From NCBI GenBank assembly GCA_043750125.1, contig JAYVCD010000351.1:1-22468 (forward strand): a stretch of DNA of 22,468 nt. The letters run 5' to 3'. The position numbers and the translations under genes were made by a program. The notes beneath the pieces were generated by a model that ran no database searches, was not told where the DNA came from, and saw only the letters and a list, made by a program, of their open reading frames with translations. Positions 7,092 through 15,262 of the stretch are shown one piece after another. Position 1 is the stretch's first letter; the number at the start of each line of letters is the position of its first letter. The stretch is from Archangiaceae bacterium (GTDB lineage Bacteria; Myxococcota; Myxococcia; Myxococcales; Myxococcaceae).

Positions 7092-8483
7092 ATGCGCACT
7101 GCAATCCTGCTGTCGTCCTGCTTGACCCTGCTGGGCTGTGGACCTGCTGAGGTACCGGGCAGTCCGAAGATTCTCTTGTTCGCCGCCAGCCCGGGCAACC
7201 TGCCCAGCGATGGAGGCGAGGTCACGTTGGACTGGGACGTGACCGGCGCCACGACTCTCAGCGTGGACAACGGGGTGGGGAGCCTTTCGCCCGTCACAAA
7301 GGGCACCGTGAAAGTGAAGGTGGGAAGCGGGAAGACGTTTGTGCTGACCGCCATCAACCCCACGGGCTCGGTGGAAGGCAGGGTGAGCGTCACGGTGGAA
7401 GCCGCACCGGCGATCAGCATGACCCCGACCGCCCGGGCGTTCGTCGCCGGAAATCCCGGAGGGACCTTCGACACCACCGTCGTCGGCTCGAAGGGCCTCG
7501 TGCGCTGGAGCCTGGTCGGCCCGGGCAGCCTCAACCCGAGCACCGGCCCGAGCGTCATCTACACCCCACCGACCAGCCTCATGGCCACGACGACGGCCAC
7601 ATTGACCGCGGCGGTGGAAGGAACGGCCCTGAGCGCCACGGCGACCGTGCGCATCGCTCCGGTTGGGCTCACCGGCGGAGTGCTGTTCTACAAGGCAGAC
7701 GGTTCAGCCGAAGTGAAGACGGTGGGCGCCGCCGGAGAGCTGACCGCGGTCAGACAATTCAATGCCGGAGAATTGCCGGTGGGGGTCACCCACTTCGCCA
7801 GACCCTACGACCTCTACGAGTTGTTCTACAGCGCGGCCGATGGCTCGGGTTCACTGGCAACCTTCGACGGTGCCGGCAACTACCGCGCGCTGCGAACGTA
7901 CGCGGCAGGAGAGCTGCCGAAAAATCAGACCCACCTCGTCAGCCTCAGCGACCGGCTGGTGATGTACGCCGCGGGCACTGCGACCTGTGGGGCGTACAGC
8001 AGCGCCAACTACGACTTCGTCATCGAAAAGACGATCCCCTCGTTTGCGATCAACTGGAGCGTGCTGGTGCCGATGAGCGCCGGGGTTCTCTTCTACCGCC
8101 CAGGAGGCACGGGCGCGCTGGGCGTGTTCAGCGCCAACTGCCAATGGGCGCAGGTCACCACCTACAGCGGCTTTTCTCCGGACTGGACGACGATCATCAA
8201 CGTGGGCAGCGCGGTCCTTTTCTACCGACAGTCCGATGGAGTCGGTGCGCTGGTGACCATCGCTCCCAACGGGACCCCGGCCCAGATCGGCAGCTACCTC
8301 GCGGGCGTGCTGAAGAAGGGTTGGGATCAAATGATCAACACCCGCTTCGGAGTGCTCTTCTACAACCGCGACGGCTCGGGCCAGTTGGGGACGCTCAGCG
8401 GCAACGTCTACACCAACAAAATGTCGTACGCCGTCGGTGAGCTGCCGGTGGGTGCGGATCTGATCTCTGCGGTGGGAGGCTGA
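7092..8483 (+). CDS. Lipoprotein: two Ig-like domains plus a ~6-repeat beta-propeller (lectin-like)
   Basis: GGAG precedes ATG 7092, lipobox LLGC. FAASP...GGEVTLDWDVTGAT is Ig-like. Six ~45-aa repeats are centred on VLFY...G.G, with recurring AGELP and W..... Confidence 0.8.
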   Translation: MRTAILLSSCLTLLGCGPAEVPGSPKILLFAASPGNLPSDGGEVTLDWDVTGATTLSVDNGVGSLSPVTKGTVKVKVGSGKTFVLTAINPTGSVEGRVSVTVEAAPAISMTPTARAFVAGNPGGTFDTTVVGSKGLVRWSLVGPGSLNPSTGPSVIYTPPTSLMATTTATLTAAVEGTALSATATVRIAPVGLTGGVLFYKADGSAEVKTVGAAGELTAVRQFNAGELPVGVTHFARPYDLYELFYSAADGSGSLATFDGAGNYRALRTYAAGELPKNQTHLVSLSDRLVMYAAGTATCGAYSSANYDFVIEKTIPSFAINWSVLVPMSAGVLFYRPGGTGALGVFSANCQWAQVTTYSGFSPDWTTIINVGSAVLFYRQSDGVGALVTIAPNGTPAQIGSYLAGVLKKGWDQMINTRFGVLFYNRDGSGQLGTLSGNVYTNKMSYAVGELPVGADLISAVGG

Positions 8484-8545
8484 ACGCTGAGCAATCCCCG
8501 AACGAGCCCTCCATGAAGCGGCGCGGTCCGTCGGGGTTGTATCTC

Positions 8546-8595
8546 GACATCACGCATCACTTGTTTTGACATCAGATGTTGACCTTCGTTACGGT
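8546..8595 (+). promoter_or_regulatory. vapBC promoter/operator (probably leaderless)
   Basis: TTGACA (8566-8571)-N18-TACGGT (8590-8595), with the ATG 5 nt later and no SD. The palindrome ACATC-A-GATGT (8569-8579) overlaps the -35, and two more CATC copies lie at 8548-8558. Confidence 0.7.
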
Positions 8596-8600
8596 TTGTC

Positions 8601-8861
8601 ATGGCTCGGACTACCGTAAACATCGACGACCCGGTTCTTCTCGACTTGAAGCGTCTCCAGAAGAAGGAGGGCAAGTCTCTTGGCCGGTTGGTCACTGAGC
8701 TGTTGGTGAAGGCGCTCAGCCTCGAGAAGGCGACCGGGCACAAGGCACCTGCTTTCAAGTGGATTTCCAGGAATATGGGGGTTCCTTTGGTTGAGCTGAA
8801 CGACAAGGAGGCACTGCATGCCGTCCTGGATCGGGATGCGCTCGAGAAGCTGCGACGATGA
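8601..8861 (+). CDS. vapB: VapB antitoxin (RHH/CopG type)
   Basis: RTTVNIDDPVL is an N-terminal ribbon-helix-helix signature. It overlaps the downstream PIN gene by ATGA. Confidence 0.88.
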   Translation: MARTTVNIDDPVLLDLKRLQKKEGKSLGRLVTELLVKALSLEKATGHKAPAFKWISRNMGVPLVELNDKEALHAVLDRDALEKLRR

Positions 8862-9289
8862 GCTATGCCATCGATGCCAACGTGTTGTTGTACGCGTCGA
8901 ACTCGGCAAGCCGTGAGAGGGGTCGTGCGCTCGAATTCCTGACCCAATGCGCGCAACGAAGCGAGGTGATGTGCGTGGCCGTGGGGACGCTGATGGCCTA
9001 TCTGCGCATCTCGACGCATCCCTCTATCTTTCCTACTCCCTTGAGCTGGAAAGACGCAGTCAGCAATCTCGAGGCGCTTCTTGCTCTTCCTCACGTTCGA
9101 GTCATTCACGACGCCGAAGGCTTTTGGCAAGTCTTCCGCGGGGTGGTGAAGTCCCCGGTGCGAGGGAACCTCGTTTCTGACGCCCACCTCGCGGCGGTGC
9201 TCAGGCAGAACGGGGTGACGACGCTCTTCACCAACGACACCGACTTCCGCCGATTTGAATTCCTTACCGTGAAAAACCCGTTCACGTAG
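8858..9289 (+). CDS. vapC: VapC PIN-domain ribonuclease toxin
   Basis: IDANVLLYA, GNLVSDAHLAA and TNDTDF are PIN acidic motifs of the mycobacterial-type VapC subfamily. Confidence 0.92.
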   Translation: MSYAIDANVLLYASNSASRERGRALEFLTQCAQRSEVMCVAVGTLMAYLRISTHPSIFPTPLSWKDAVSNLEALLALPHVRVIHDAEGFWQVFRGVVKSPVRGNLVSDAHLAAVLRQNGVTTLFTNDTDFRRFEFLTVKNPFT

Positions 9290-9356
9290 CGATTGCGTCG
9301 TCCCTCATGGTTGTCCACGACTTCAGATTCACAGACCTGGACGAACTGGTTCAGGC

Positions 9357-9728
9357 CTATTTGCGAAGCCAGTACGCGAGCCCGATGAACAACGCCTGAA
9401 ACGGCAGTCGTGCCCAGGCCACCCATTCCGGAAGCGGGTGGGCCGGGTCGAGCTGGAGGTGGTTGAACGCCATGTTCAAGTTCGCGGGGAAGACGGCGAC
9501 GTACAAGGCGATCAACCCCCAGGCGGAGAAAGATCTGACCCTGGGAACCAGCAGCCCGACCCCCCCGAGGATCTCGAAGGCTCCGCTGAGGTAGACGAGC
9601 ATCAGCGGCGCGGGCAACACGTCCGGCACGATCCGCACGAATGGCTCGGGGTTCGTGAAGTGGGTCGAGCCGACCACGACCATTGCCGCGGCGCAGGCAA
9701 AACGAACAATCGTCTTGAACATCGGCAT
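9357..9728 (-). CDS. DoxX-family membrane protein
   Basis: G..HF..P..F..IVP, SGAFEILGGVGLL, FPANLNMA and RLPFQ motifs. ATG 9728 overlaps the def stop (TGATG). An alternative ATG is at 9722. Confidence 0.88.
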   Translation of the reverse strand: MPMFKTIVRFACAAAMVVVGSTHFTNPEPFVRIVPDVLPAPLMLVYLSGAFEILGGVGLLVPRVRSFSAWGLIALYVAVFPANLNMAFNHLQLDPAHPLPEWVAWARLPFQALFIGLAYWLRK

Positions 9729-10336
9729 CAGCCTTCGCTGATCTTGAGCAGCTTCAAGATCTCGGCGATTGGTCTGCCGCTGTAGAGCTCGCGCGCGTGC
9801 TCGGTGGTGGTGAACGACCGGGTCTTCATCCGATCGATGTACAGCATGCCGTTGAGGTGATCGACCTCGTGCTGAAGGATTCGCGCGGGCCACCCCTTCA
9901 CCCGCCACACCTGGTGCGCTCCGTGCGCGTCGAGCCCGGAGACTTCGACGTGCTGGCTGCGCTCGACCAGCGCCGCGTACCCGTCGACGCTCAGACACCC
10001 TTCGAAAAAAATATCGGATTCATCGCCGAGGACCCGCAGCTCGGGGTTGACGAACACCCGGGTCTCGAAAGGAACCCGGCCCCGCTCGGCGCGCTCTTCT
10101 TCACTGGCGCCGGCGCTGAGCTTCTCGTCGTCTTCGAGGACGATGACCCGCAGCGGAATGCCGATTTGCGGAGCGGCGAGCCCCACTCCCGGCGCTGCAC
10201 GCATCGTGGCGATCATCACCGCGATCAGCGTCTGAAACTCGGGAGTCTTGATCCGCTCGGGATCCACTTCGATCGCGCGGGCCCGAAGCACGGGCGCGCC
10301 GGTCTGAACGATGGAAGGCAGCTCGAGTGGGTTCAT
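9728..10336 (-). CDS. def: Peptide deformylase
   Basis: All three PDF motifs are present: GVGLAAPQIG, EGCLSV and QHEVDHLNG. Confidence 0.97.
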   Translation of the reverse strand: MNPLELPSIVQTGAPVLRARAIEVDPERIKTPEFQTLIAVMIATMRAAPGVGLAAPQIGIPLRVIVLEDDEKLSAGASEEERAERGRVPFETRVFVNPELRVLGDESDIFFEGCLSVDGYAALVERSQHVEVSGLDAHGAHQVWRVKGWPARILQHEVDHLNGMLYIDRMKTRSFTTTEHARELYSGRPIAEILKLLKISEG

Positions 10337-10411
10337 GAAGGTCGGGTTCGATGCCGGGTCGATAAAGGCGGCGCGGCTGTTTCGCAGCGCGGTGTCGGTG
10401 ATGCAAGCGGC

Positions 10412-12682
10412 TCATTCCGCGGTGAGCGGGTCTTCGAGGGGCCCGGCGTCGAGCGCTTCGGCCGCCTCACGCGCCTTTCGCTTCCACAGACTTTCATGCG
10501 CGGAAGCGACGAAGCCGAGCTCGGTGTCCGAATGTTCGGTCGGGCAAACCTGGGTCGGCACTGTGCCGGGAACGAAGGGAGCGAGGATCACCTTGCAGCT
10601 CTCGTTGGGCAGCTTGCCGGTCTCGATGCAGATGTTCTGTTTGACCAGAGTGGGGGTCTTCGGGAAATCAGGCAGGGGCAGGGCGTCGTACTGGGTCGAC
10701 TTCCCCATCCACCAACCCCACAGCGGGGCGGCGAGATCTGCGGCGGAAGCCCCGATGCGCGCGGGCAGATCAAACCCGATCCAGACGACGGTCGCGGTCG
10801 CGGGAGTCGCCCCGACGAACCAGAGGTCTTTCTCCGCGTCGGTGGTCCCCGTCTTCCCCATCGCGGGGCCGAGGTAGCCGGCTTCGCCCGCGACTCCACG
10901 GGTCGCTCCGCCGGTTCCGTGATCGATGACCAGGCGCATCAGCTCGCGGGTCAGCGCGGCGGCGGTGGGGTCGAGCACCACTTCGCCCAGATGGGGAGGG
11001 CCGATGCGTTCCACCCCGGCGGCATCGGTCGCGCGCACGATGGGCGTGCCTTCCACCCGCCGTCCCCCGTTCGAGACCATCGCCGCGAACTGCGCCATCT
11101 CGAGCGGAGTGACTTCGGCCTGACCCAGCGCCAACCCCAGCTCGACCGGGAAGGACGTGGTGTCGAACCCGACCTTTTTCGCGAATGCAATCAGCGGCTG
11201 TGGTCCGCCCAGCTCTTCGAGCAGTGAAGCGGTGGCGATGTTCTGGGACCAGGCCAACCCTTCGGCGAGGCACGCGCTGACGGACGATTCGCCGCCGACG
11301 TTGGTGGGCCGCCAACGTCCCGCCGCGGTATTGAAGTCGCGCGGGGTGTTGGGCGCAGTCGAGGCCGAGGTGTATTTGTTGGAAAACGCCAGCGCGTAGA
11401 CCAGCGGCTTGAAGCTGCTGCCCGGTTGGCGGTGCGCCTGGGTCGCGCGATTGAAGCCGAACAAGCTGACCTTGGTTCCACCGTAAACCGAGAGCATCAG
11501 GCCCGAGTGGACATCGAGCGCGAGGCCCACGGTCTGCAACGTTCCGGCTTTAGCGTTGACGATCTGCTCGTAGCTTTTGGCTTTCGCCGCGAACAACCGC
11601 TCGGCCTCGTCCTGCATCACCAGGTCGATCGAGGTGACGACGGTGAGCCCCGCGCCGTAGACGATGGATCGCGGCAGCTGCGCCTCGAGCCGGGCGCGCA
11701 CCACCGAGAGGAAGGCAGGAAATCGTTCTGCGGTCGCGGCGGGCTGGGCGAGGACGATGGGCGAGGCCAGCGCGGCCTTCACGTCGTAGCCGTAGTGCTT
11801 GCCCATCTCGCCCAGCAGGCGGTCGCGACGCGCGCGACACGCGTCAGGATTGCGATCCGGAGCCAGCTTGCCCGGCCCGGGAAGAATCGCCACCAGCGTG
11901 GCGATCTGAGCCAGATCGAGCTGTTCGATTTCCTGGTCGAAGTAATGGCGTGCGGCTTCCGAGAACCCACACACCGAGAAGGTGCCGCGCTGCCCGAGGT
12001 AAGGGACGTCGAGGTACATCTGCAGGACGGCGTCCTTTCCGAGCGCGGAGTCCAGCCCCATCGCGAGCCCCATCTCGCGCAGCTTTCGCCAGACCGTTTT
12101 TTCGCTGCGCTGCGACAGGCAACGAACGACCTGCATGGTGAGCGTGCTGCCGCCTTGCGAGTACTGCCCGTCTTTGGAATTGGCGAATACCGCACGAACG
12201 AGAGACGTGAGGCTGACTCCCCGGTGAGAACGAAAGTCGCGATCTTCCGAGGCGAGGATCGCGTCGATCAACATCTTGGGCGCGCGCGCGATCGGCAGGT
12301 GGGTTCGCAGCTCGCCGTCCGGGCCGACCAGGACTCCCAGCAGCATTCCTTCGAGCGCTTCACCCTGGCGGGCAATCACCCGGTTGGTCTTCGCGCAATA
12401 CGTTCCGGGCTTTTCTTGGGGGGCGCAGCTTTCGGTGTACCCGCGAAGCCTCGCCTCGGCGACGCGTCGCTTCGCGGTCAGCCCTGCCAGCGGAAGGGCC
12501 TGGGAAAACATCTTCGCGGGGAAGCTCCAGCCAGGATGCGAGGTGTCGAAGCGCGCGTGGGCCCGTCCGAGCGCTGCCCCCTGCGCCATCCATCGTGACC
12601 AGCCCAGGCCGGCAGCCAGCACGGTGGCGAGCAGCAGCCCCAGGATCACAAACACGATTCGGCGAGTGCGCGACACGAGCAC
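10412..12682 (-). CDS. Class A penicillin-binding protein (transglycosylase/transpeptidase, PBP1B-like)
   Basis: N-terminal TM helix. GT51 motifs EDRDFRSHRG, GGSTLTMQ and RKLRE. Transpeptidase motifs SSFK, SQN and KTGT. The GTG start directly abuts the upstream TAG. Confidence 0.93.
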   Translation of the reverse strand: MLVSRTRRIVFVILGLLLATVLAAGLGWSRWMAQGAALGRAHARFDTSHPGWSFPAKMFSQALPLAGLTAKRRVAEARLRGYTESCAPQEKPGTYCAKTNRVIARQGEALEGMLLGVLVGPDGELRTHLPIARAPKMLIDAILASEDRDFRSHRGVSLTSLVRAVFANSKDGQYSQGGSTLTMQVVRCLSQRSEKTVWRKLREMGLAMGLDSALGKDAVLQMYLDVPYLGQRGTFSVCGFSEAARHYFDQEIEQLDLAQIATLVAILPGPGKLAPDRNPDACRARRDRLLGEMGKHYGYDVKAALASPIVLAQPAATAERFPAFLSVVRARLEAQLPRSIVYGAGLTVVTSIDLVMQDEAERLFAAKAKSYEQIVNAKAGTLQTVGLALDVHSGLMLSVYGGTKVSLFGFNRATQAHRQPGSSFKPLVYALAFSNKYTSASTAPNTPRDFNTAAGRWRPTNVGGESSVSACLAEGLAWSQNIATASLLEELGGPQPLIAFAKKVGFDTTSFPVELGLALGQAEVTPLEMAQFAAMVSNGGRRVEGTPIVRATDAAGVERIGPPHLGEVVLDPTAAALTRELMRLVIDHGTGGATRGVAGEAGYLGPAMGKTGTTDAEKDLWFVGATPATATVVWIGFDLPARIGASAADLAAPLWGWWMGKSTQYDALPLPDFPKTPTLVKQNICIETGKLPNESCKVILAPFVPGTVPTQVCPTEHSDTELGFVASAHESLWKRKAREAAEALDAGPLEDPLTAE

Positions 12683-14278
12683 CTACAGCACGTCTTTGCG
12701 AAGGAACTTCAAGGTGTCCCACGGCTCGGCGGCCACTGCTGCCAGCGCGCCGCCCATCAACGCGCCGACGACTCCGACCGACGCCACGTCACTGCCTGCG
12801 AAAAACAGTCCGGGGATGGGGGAACGCGGCTTGAGCCAGGGGTTGGCGAAGCGCGCCGGGGTCGGCTCGATTCCGTAGATGGAACCGGACGTGGGGCGCA
12901 CGAAATGCTCGGTGGTAATCGGGGTCGACAGCTCGGCGTATTCAACCTTCCCCTTGAGGCCGGGCATTTTTTCGTACAGCTGTGCGAGCAGGCGGTTCTG
13001 CATTCGGCCTTTGAACGCCTCGTAATCGGCTCCCCTGCGCCGCCAACGCAGCTCTCGCCACGGGGCGAAGACTTCCCACGGAACGAACGTGACGACCTCT
13101 CCGGTGTGCGGCTCGGTCGGAGAATGCAGCGGGTCCTTGAGCGAGGGAAAGCTGACGTACAGAACGGGAGCGGGGGGCAATTCACCGGTCGCGCTCACCT
13201 GCCACGCGTCGTCTTCGCTGTCCCAGACTTCGTAAAACCATTTGTTGGCGGCGGTCGCTCCGGCGTCGCGGATGTTGCCCTTGAAGCCGAGGTAGAGGCA
13301 GACGTGGGCGGACGCCGGGCGCAGCTGCGAGAACGAGCGCGCCCAGGGCGTCTGGCGGTATTCCTCGGGCACCAGATTGGCAACGGTGGAGAGCACTCCG
13401 GCGGCGCTGATGATTCGGGGTGCGCGCAGCTGTTCTCCGCCCTTGAGTCGTACCCCCACCGCCCGCCCCTTCTCGACCAGGATCTGCTCTACGTCCGCCA
13501 TGATCCGCGTCCACCCACCGCTGGCGGCGACGGTGTCGAGCAGGGTCTGGGAAATCTGCTGGGAGCCACCCACCGGGTAGTAGCCGCCCCATAGGTAGTG
13601 CTTCACCACCAGGGCCTGCATCGCAAACGCCGACCGGCTGGGAGTCGAGCCGTAGTAGCCCCATTGGGCGGCGAACAGGGTCCGCAACTTCGGGTCGCTG
13701 GTGAGGTCTGCAATTACCGTTCGGGTGGTGGCCCGAAGATGGGGCTGCACTTTTGCGGCGAGCACCCGCTGGGCCGCTTCGCTGACCTGGTTCGGCAAGA
13801 CCCGCGAAAAATAGTACCCGCGCATTCCTGACGAGATGCTCTTCGCCAGGCCGAGGTAGCGGTCGATCGCCTGAGCTTCGCGCGGAAATGCCGTGAGCAG
13901 GTTCTCGCGAAACTGGCCGGGGTTGTCCGGAAAATCGATCTGCATCCCGCCGGGAAAATGAAACGCGTCGTAGACCGGGCCGAGCGAGGCCCACTGAAGC
14001 TTCCCGTCGGTCAGGGCGCGCAGCAGGCGACCGGGCATGCTTCGCACCGTCACTTCACCGACCGCGTGCACCCCCACGTCCCAGCGGTAGTTCTTCCGGG
14101 TGAAAGTGTGGGTGAAGCCTCCGGGCACGTAGTGCTGTTCGAGAACGCAAACGCGCATTCCGGTCTTCGCGAGCAGCGCCGCGGCGCTCATGCCCCCGAT
14201 GCCCGAACCGATCACGATCGCGTCGAAGGGGCCCCCTTTCTGTTCGCGGCTCCAGGGGCGCGCATCCCGAATCGTCAT
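12683..14278 (-). CDS. FAD-dependent oxidoreductase, phytoene desaturase/retinol saturase family
   Basis: Dinucleotide-binding IGSGIGG...LEQHYVPGGFTH, plus WDVGVH, YPVGGS, STP.T..HF...GSIYG and GLFFAGSD. Confidence 0.9.
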   Translation of the reverse strand: MTIRDARPWSREQKGGPFDAIVIGSGIGGMSAAALLAKTGMRVCVLEQHYVPGGFTHTFTRKNYRWDVGVHAVGEVTVRSMPGRLLRALTDGKLQWASLGPVYDAFHFPGGMQIDFPDNPGQFRENLLTAFPREAQAIDRYLGLAKSISSGMRGYYFSRVLPNQVSEAAQRVLAAKVQPHLRATTRTVIADLTSDPKLRTLFAAQWGYYGSTPSRSAFAMQALVVKHYLWGGYYPVGGSQQISQTLLDTVAASGGWTRIMADVEQILVEKGRAVGVRLKGGEQLRAPRIISAAGVLSTVANLVPEEYRQTPWARSFSQLRPASAHVCLYLGFKGNIRDAGATAANKWFYEVWDSEDDAWQVSATGELPPAPVLYVSFPSLKDPLHSPTEPHTGEVVTFVPWEVFAPWRELRWRRRGADYEAFKGRMQNRLLAQLYEKMPGLKGKVEYAELSTPITTEHFVRPTSGSIYGIEPTPARFANPWLKPRSPIPGLFFAGSDVASVGVVGALMGGALAAVAAEPWDTLKFLRKDVL

Positions 14279-14446
14279 GGGACCGGAGATCTAACCTCAC
14301 CGCAGCAGGGGTGGGTCCCTTTAAACGTGAAGCGACGTCTTCCCTGCCTCGCTTGACGATTTTTGCCACAGCGGGCGCCGGGCCTTCGAGGTGTGAGGGC
14401 CATGGCACGTCAGATGCTCATCGGTAGATCTGAAGGAGCCGAAACC

Positions 14447-15007
14447 ATGGACGCCGTTAAAATGCTGACAGAAGAGCACCGGGCGTTTGACGAGCTCTTC
14501 AAGCGCTACCTCGCAGCTCGAACGCCGACGCTTCGAGAGGATCTCGCGCGCCGCCTGCTTCATGAGGCCCGGCTGCACATCGCGCTCGAAGAAAAATACA
14601 TCTACCCCATCGCGATCGAGCGCTCGGACGTTCCGCTGGACGAACACCGGCAGGCAAAATTTTCGTTGGCTGAGCTCGAGAAGCTGGCGGTCGATGACCC
14701 GGGCTTCGAAGAACGGCTGGGAACGTTCGTGAAGCAGCTGCTGCAGCACTCGCACGAAGAAGAGCGCGTCTTTTTTGCGGCGCTTCGCAAGACGATGGTC
14801 CGCTCGGAGCTCGCGGCGCTGGGTCGATTGCTTCAGAACGCCCGCGAAGAACGGCCTCCTGAGCTCATTCCGGAAGGGCTGGTGGCTCGCGCGGCACGGC
14901 ACCTGGTGACGACGTGGAAAGCGCAGCTGTGCGATTCGGTCGAAAAAGCAGTCACCGCTCTTTTGGGTCTCAGTGGACCCCATTCACCCGGGACAACGAA
15001 TTCATGA
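14447..15007 (+). CDS. Hemerythrin (HHE) domain protein
   Basis: AAGGAG precedes ATG 14447. Ligand pattern EEH, HIALEE..IYP, EH and HSHEEE..FF. Confidence 0.85.
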   Translation: MDAVKMLTEEHRAFDELFKRYLAARTPTLREDLARRLLHEARLHIALEEKYIYPIAIERSDVPLDEHRQAKFSLAELEKLAVDDPGFEERLGTFVKQLLQHSHEEERVFFAALRKTMVRSELAALGRLLQNAREERPPELIPEGLVARAARHLVTTWKAQLCDSVEKAVTALLGLSGPHSPGTTNS

Positions 15008-15261
15008 ACCCCAAGACACTGCTGAGCCTGCTGGCCCTGGTCTCCTTGCCGAGCACTGCCTCCGAACCGAGGCCTCCGCCTGCGCCCAGAGTCAGTCCGG
15101 TAGAGAAAGAAAAGCCACCGGCCAAAACTGCTCCCGCGGCTGAACCCAAACCGTCCCCTCCGCCTACTTCGACGGATCAAAAGGAAAAGCCCCAGTTCGA
15201 GCGCATCGAGTTGCACGGAGATGCAGGAACGCCTGCCTCGCCGAAAAAGAAAGGCCGCTGA
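15004..15261 (+). CDS. Small Pro-rich putative secreted protein (85 aa)
   Basis: Overlaps the hemerythrin gene by ATGA. MNPKTLLSLLALVSLPSTA is signal-like, and the remainder is P/K/E-rich low complexity. Confidence 0.6.
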   Translation: MNPKTLLSLLALVSLPSTASEPRPPPAPRVSPVEKEKPPAKTAPAAEPKPSPPPTSTDQKEKPQFERIELHGDAGTPASPKKKGR

Positions 15262-15262
15262 A

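Noticed and set aside
9307..9399. 30-codon ORF MVVHDFRFTDLDELVQAY... as a HepT/DUF86 remnant
   Set aside because: No RBS, no Rx4H motif, and it overlaps the DoxX 3' end. The resemblance is too weak.
9357..9998. ORF-track long starts for DoxX, and likewise for hflX (15830), the crotonase (19348), hemerythrin (14363) and the Zn-ribbon protein (21000)
   Set aside because: The extensions overlap neighbouring genes or are non-homologous. Downstream ATGs have RBS or coupling support, or match where family homology begins.
9797..12598. Long + strand ORFs 9797..11227 and 11426..12598
   Set aside because: Antisense shadows of def and the PBP gene, expected in high-GC DNA, with no motifs.
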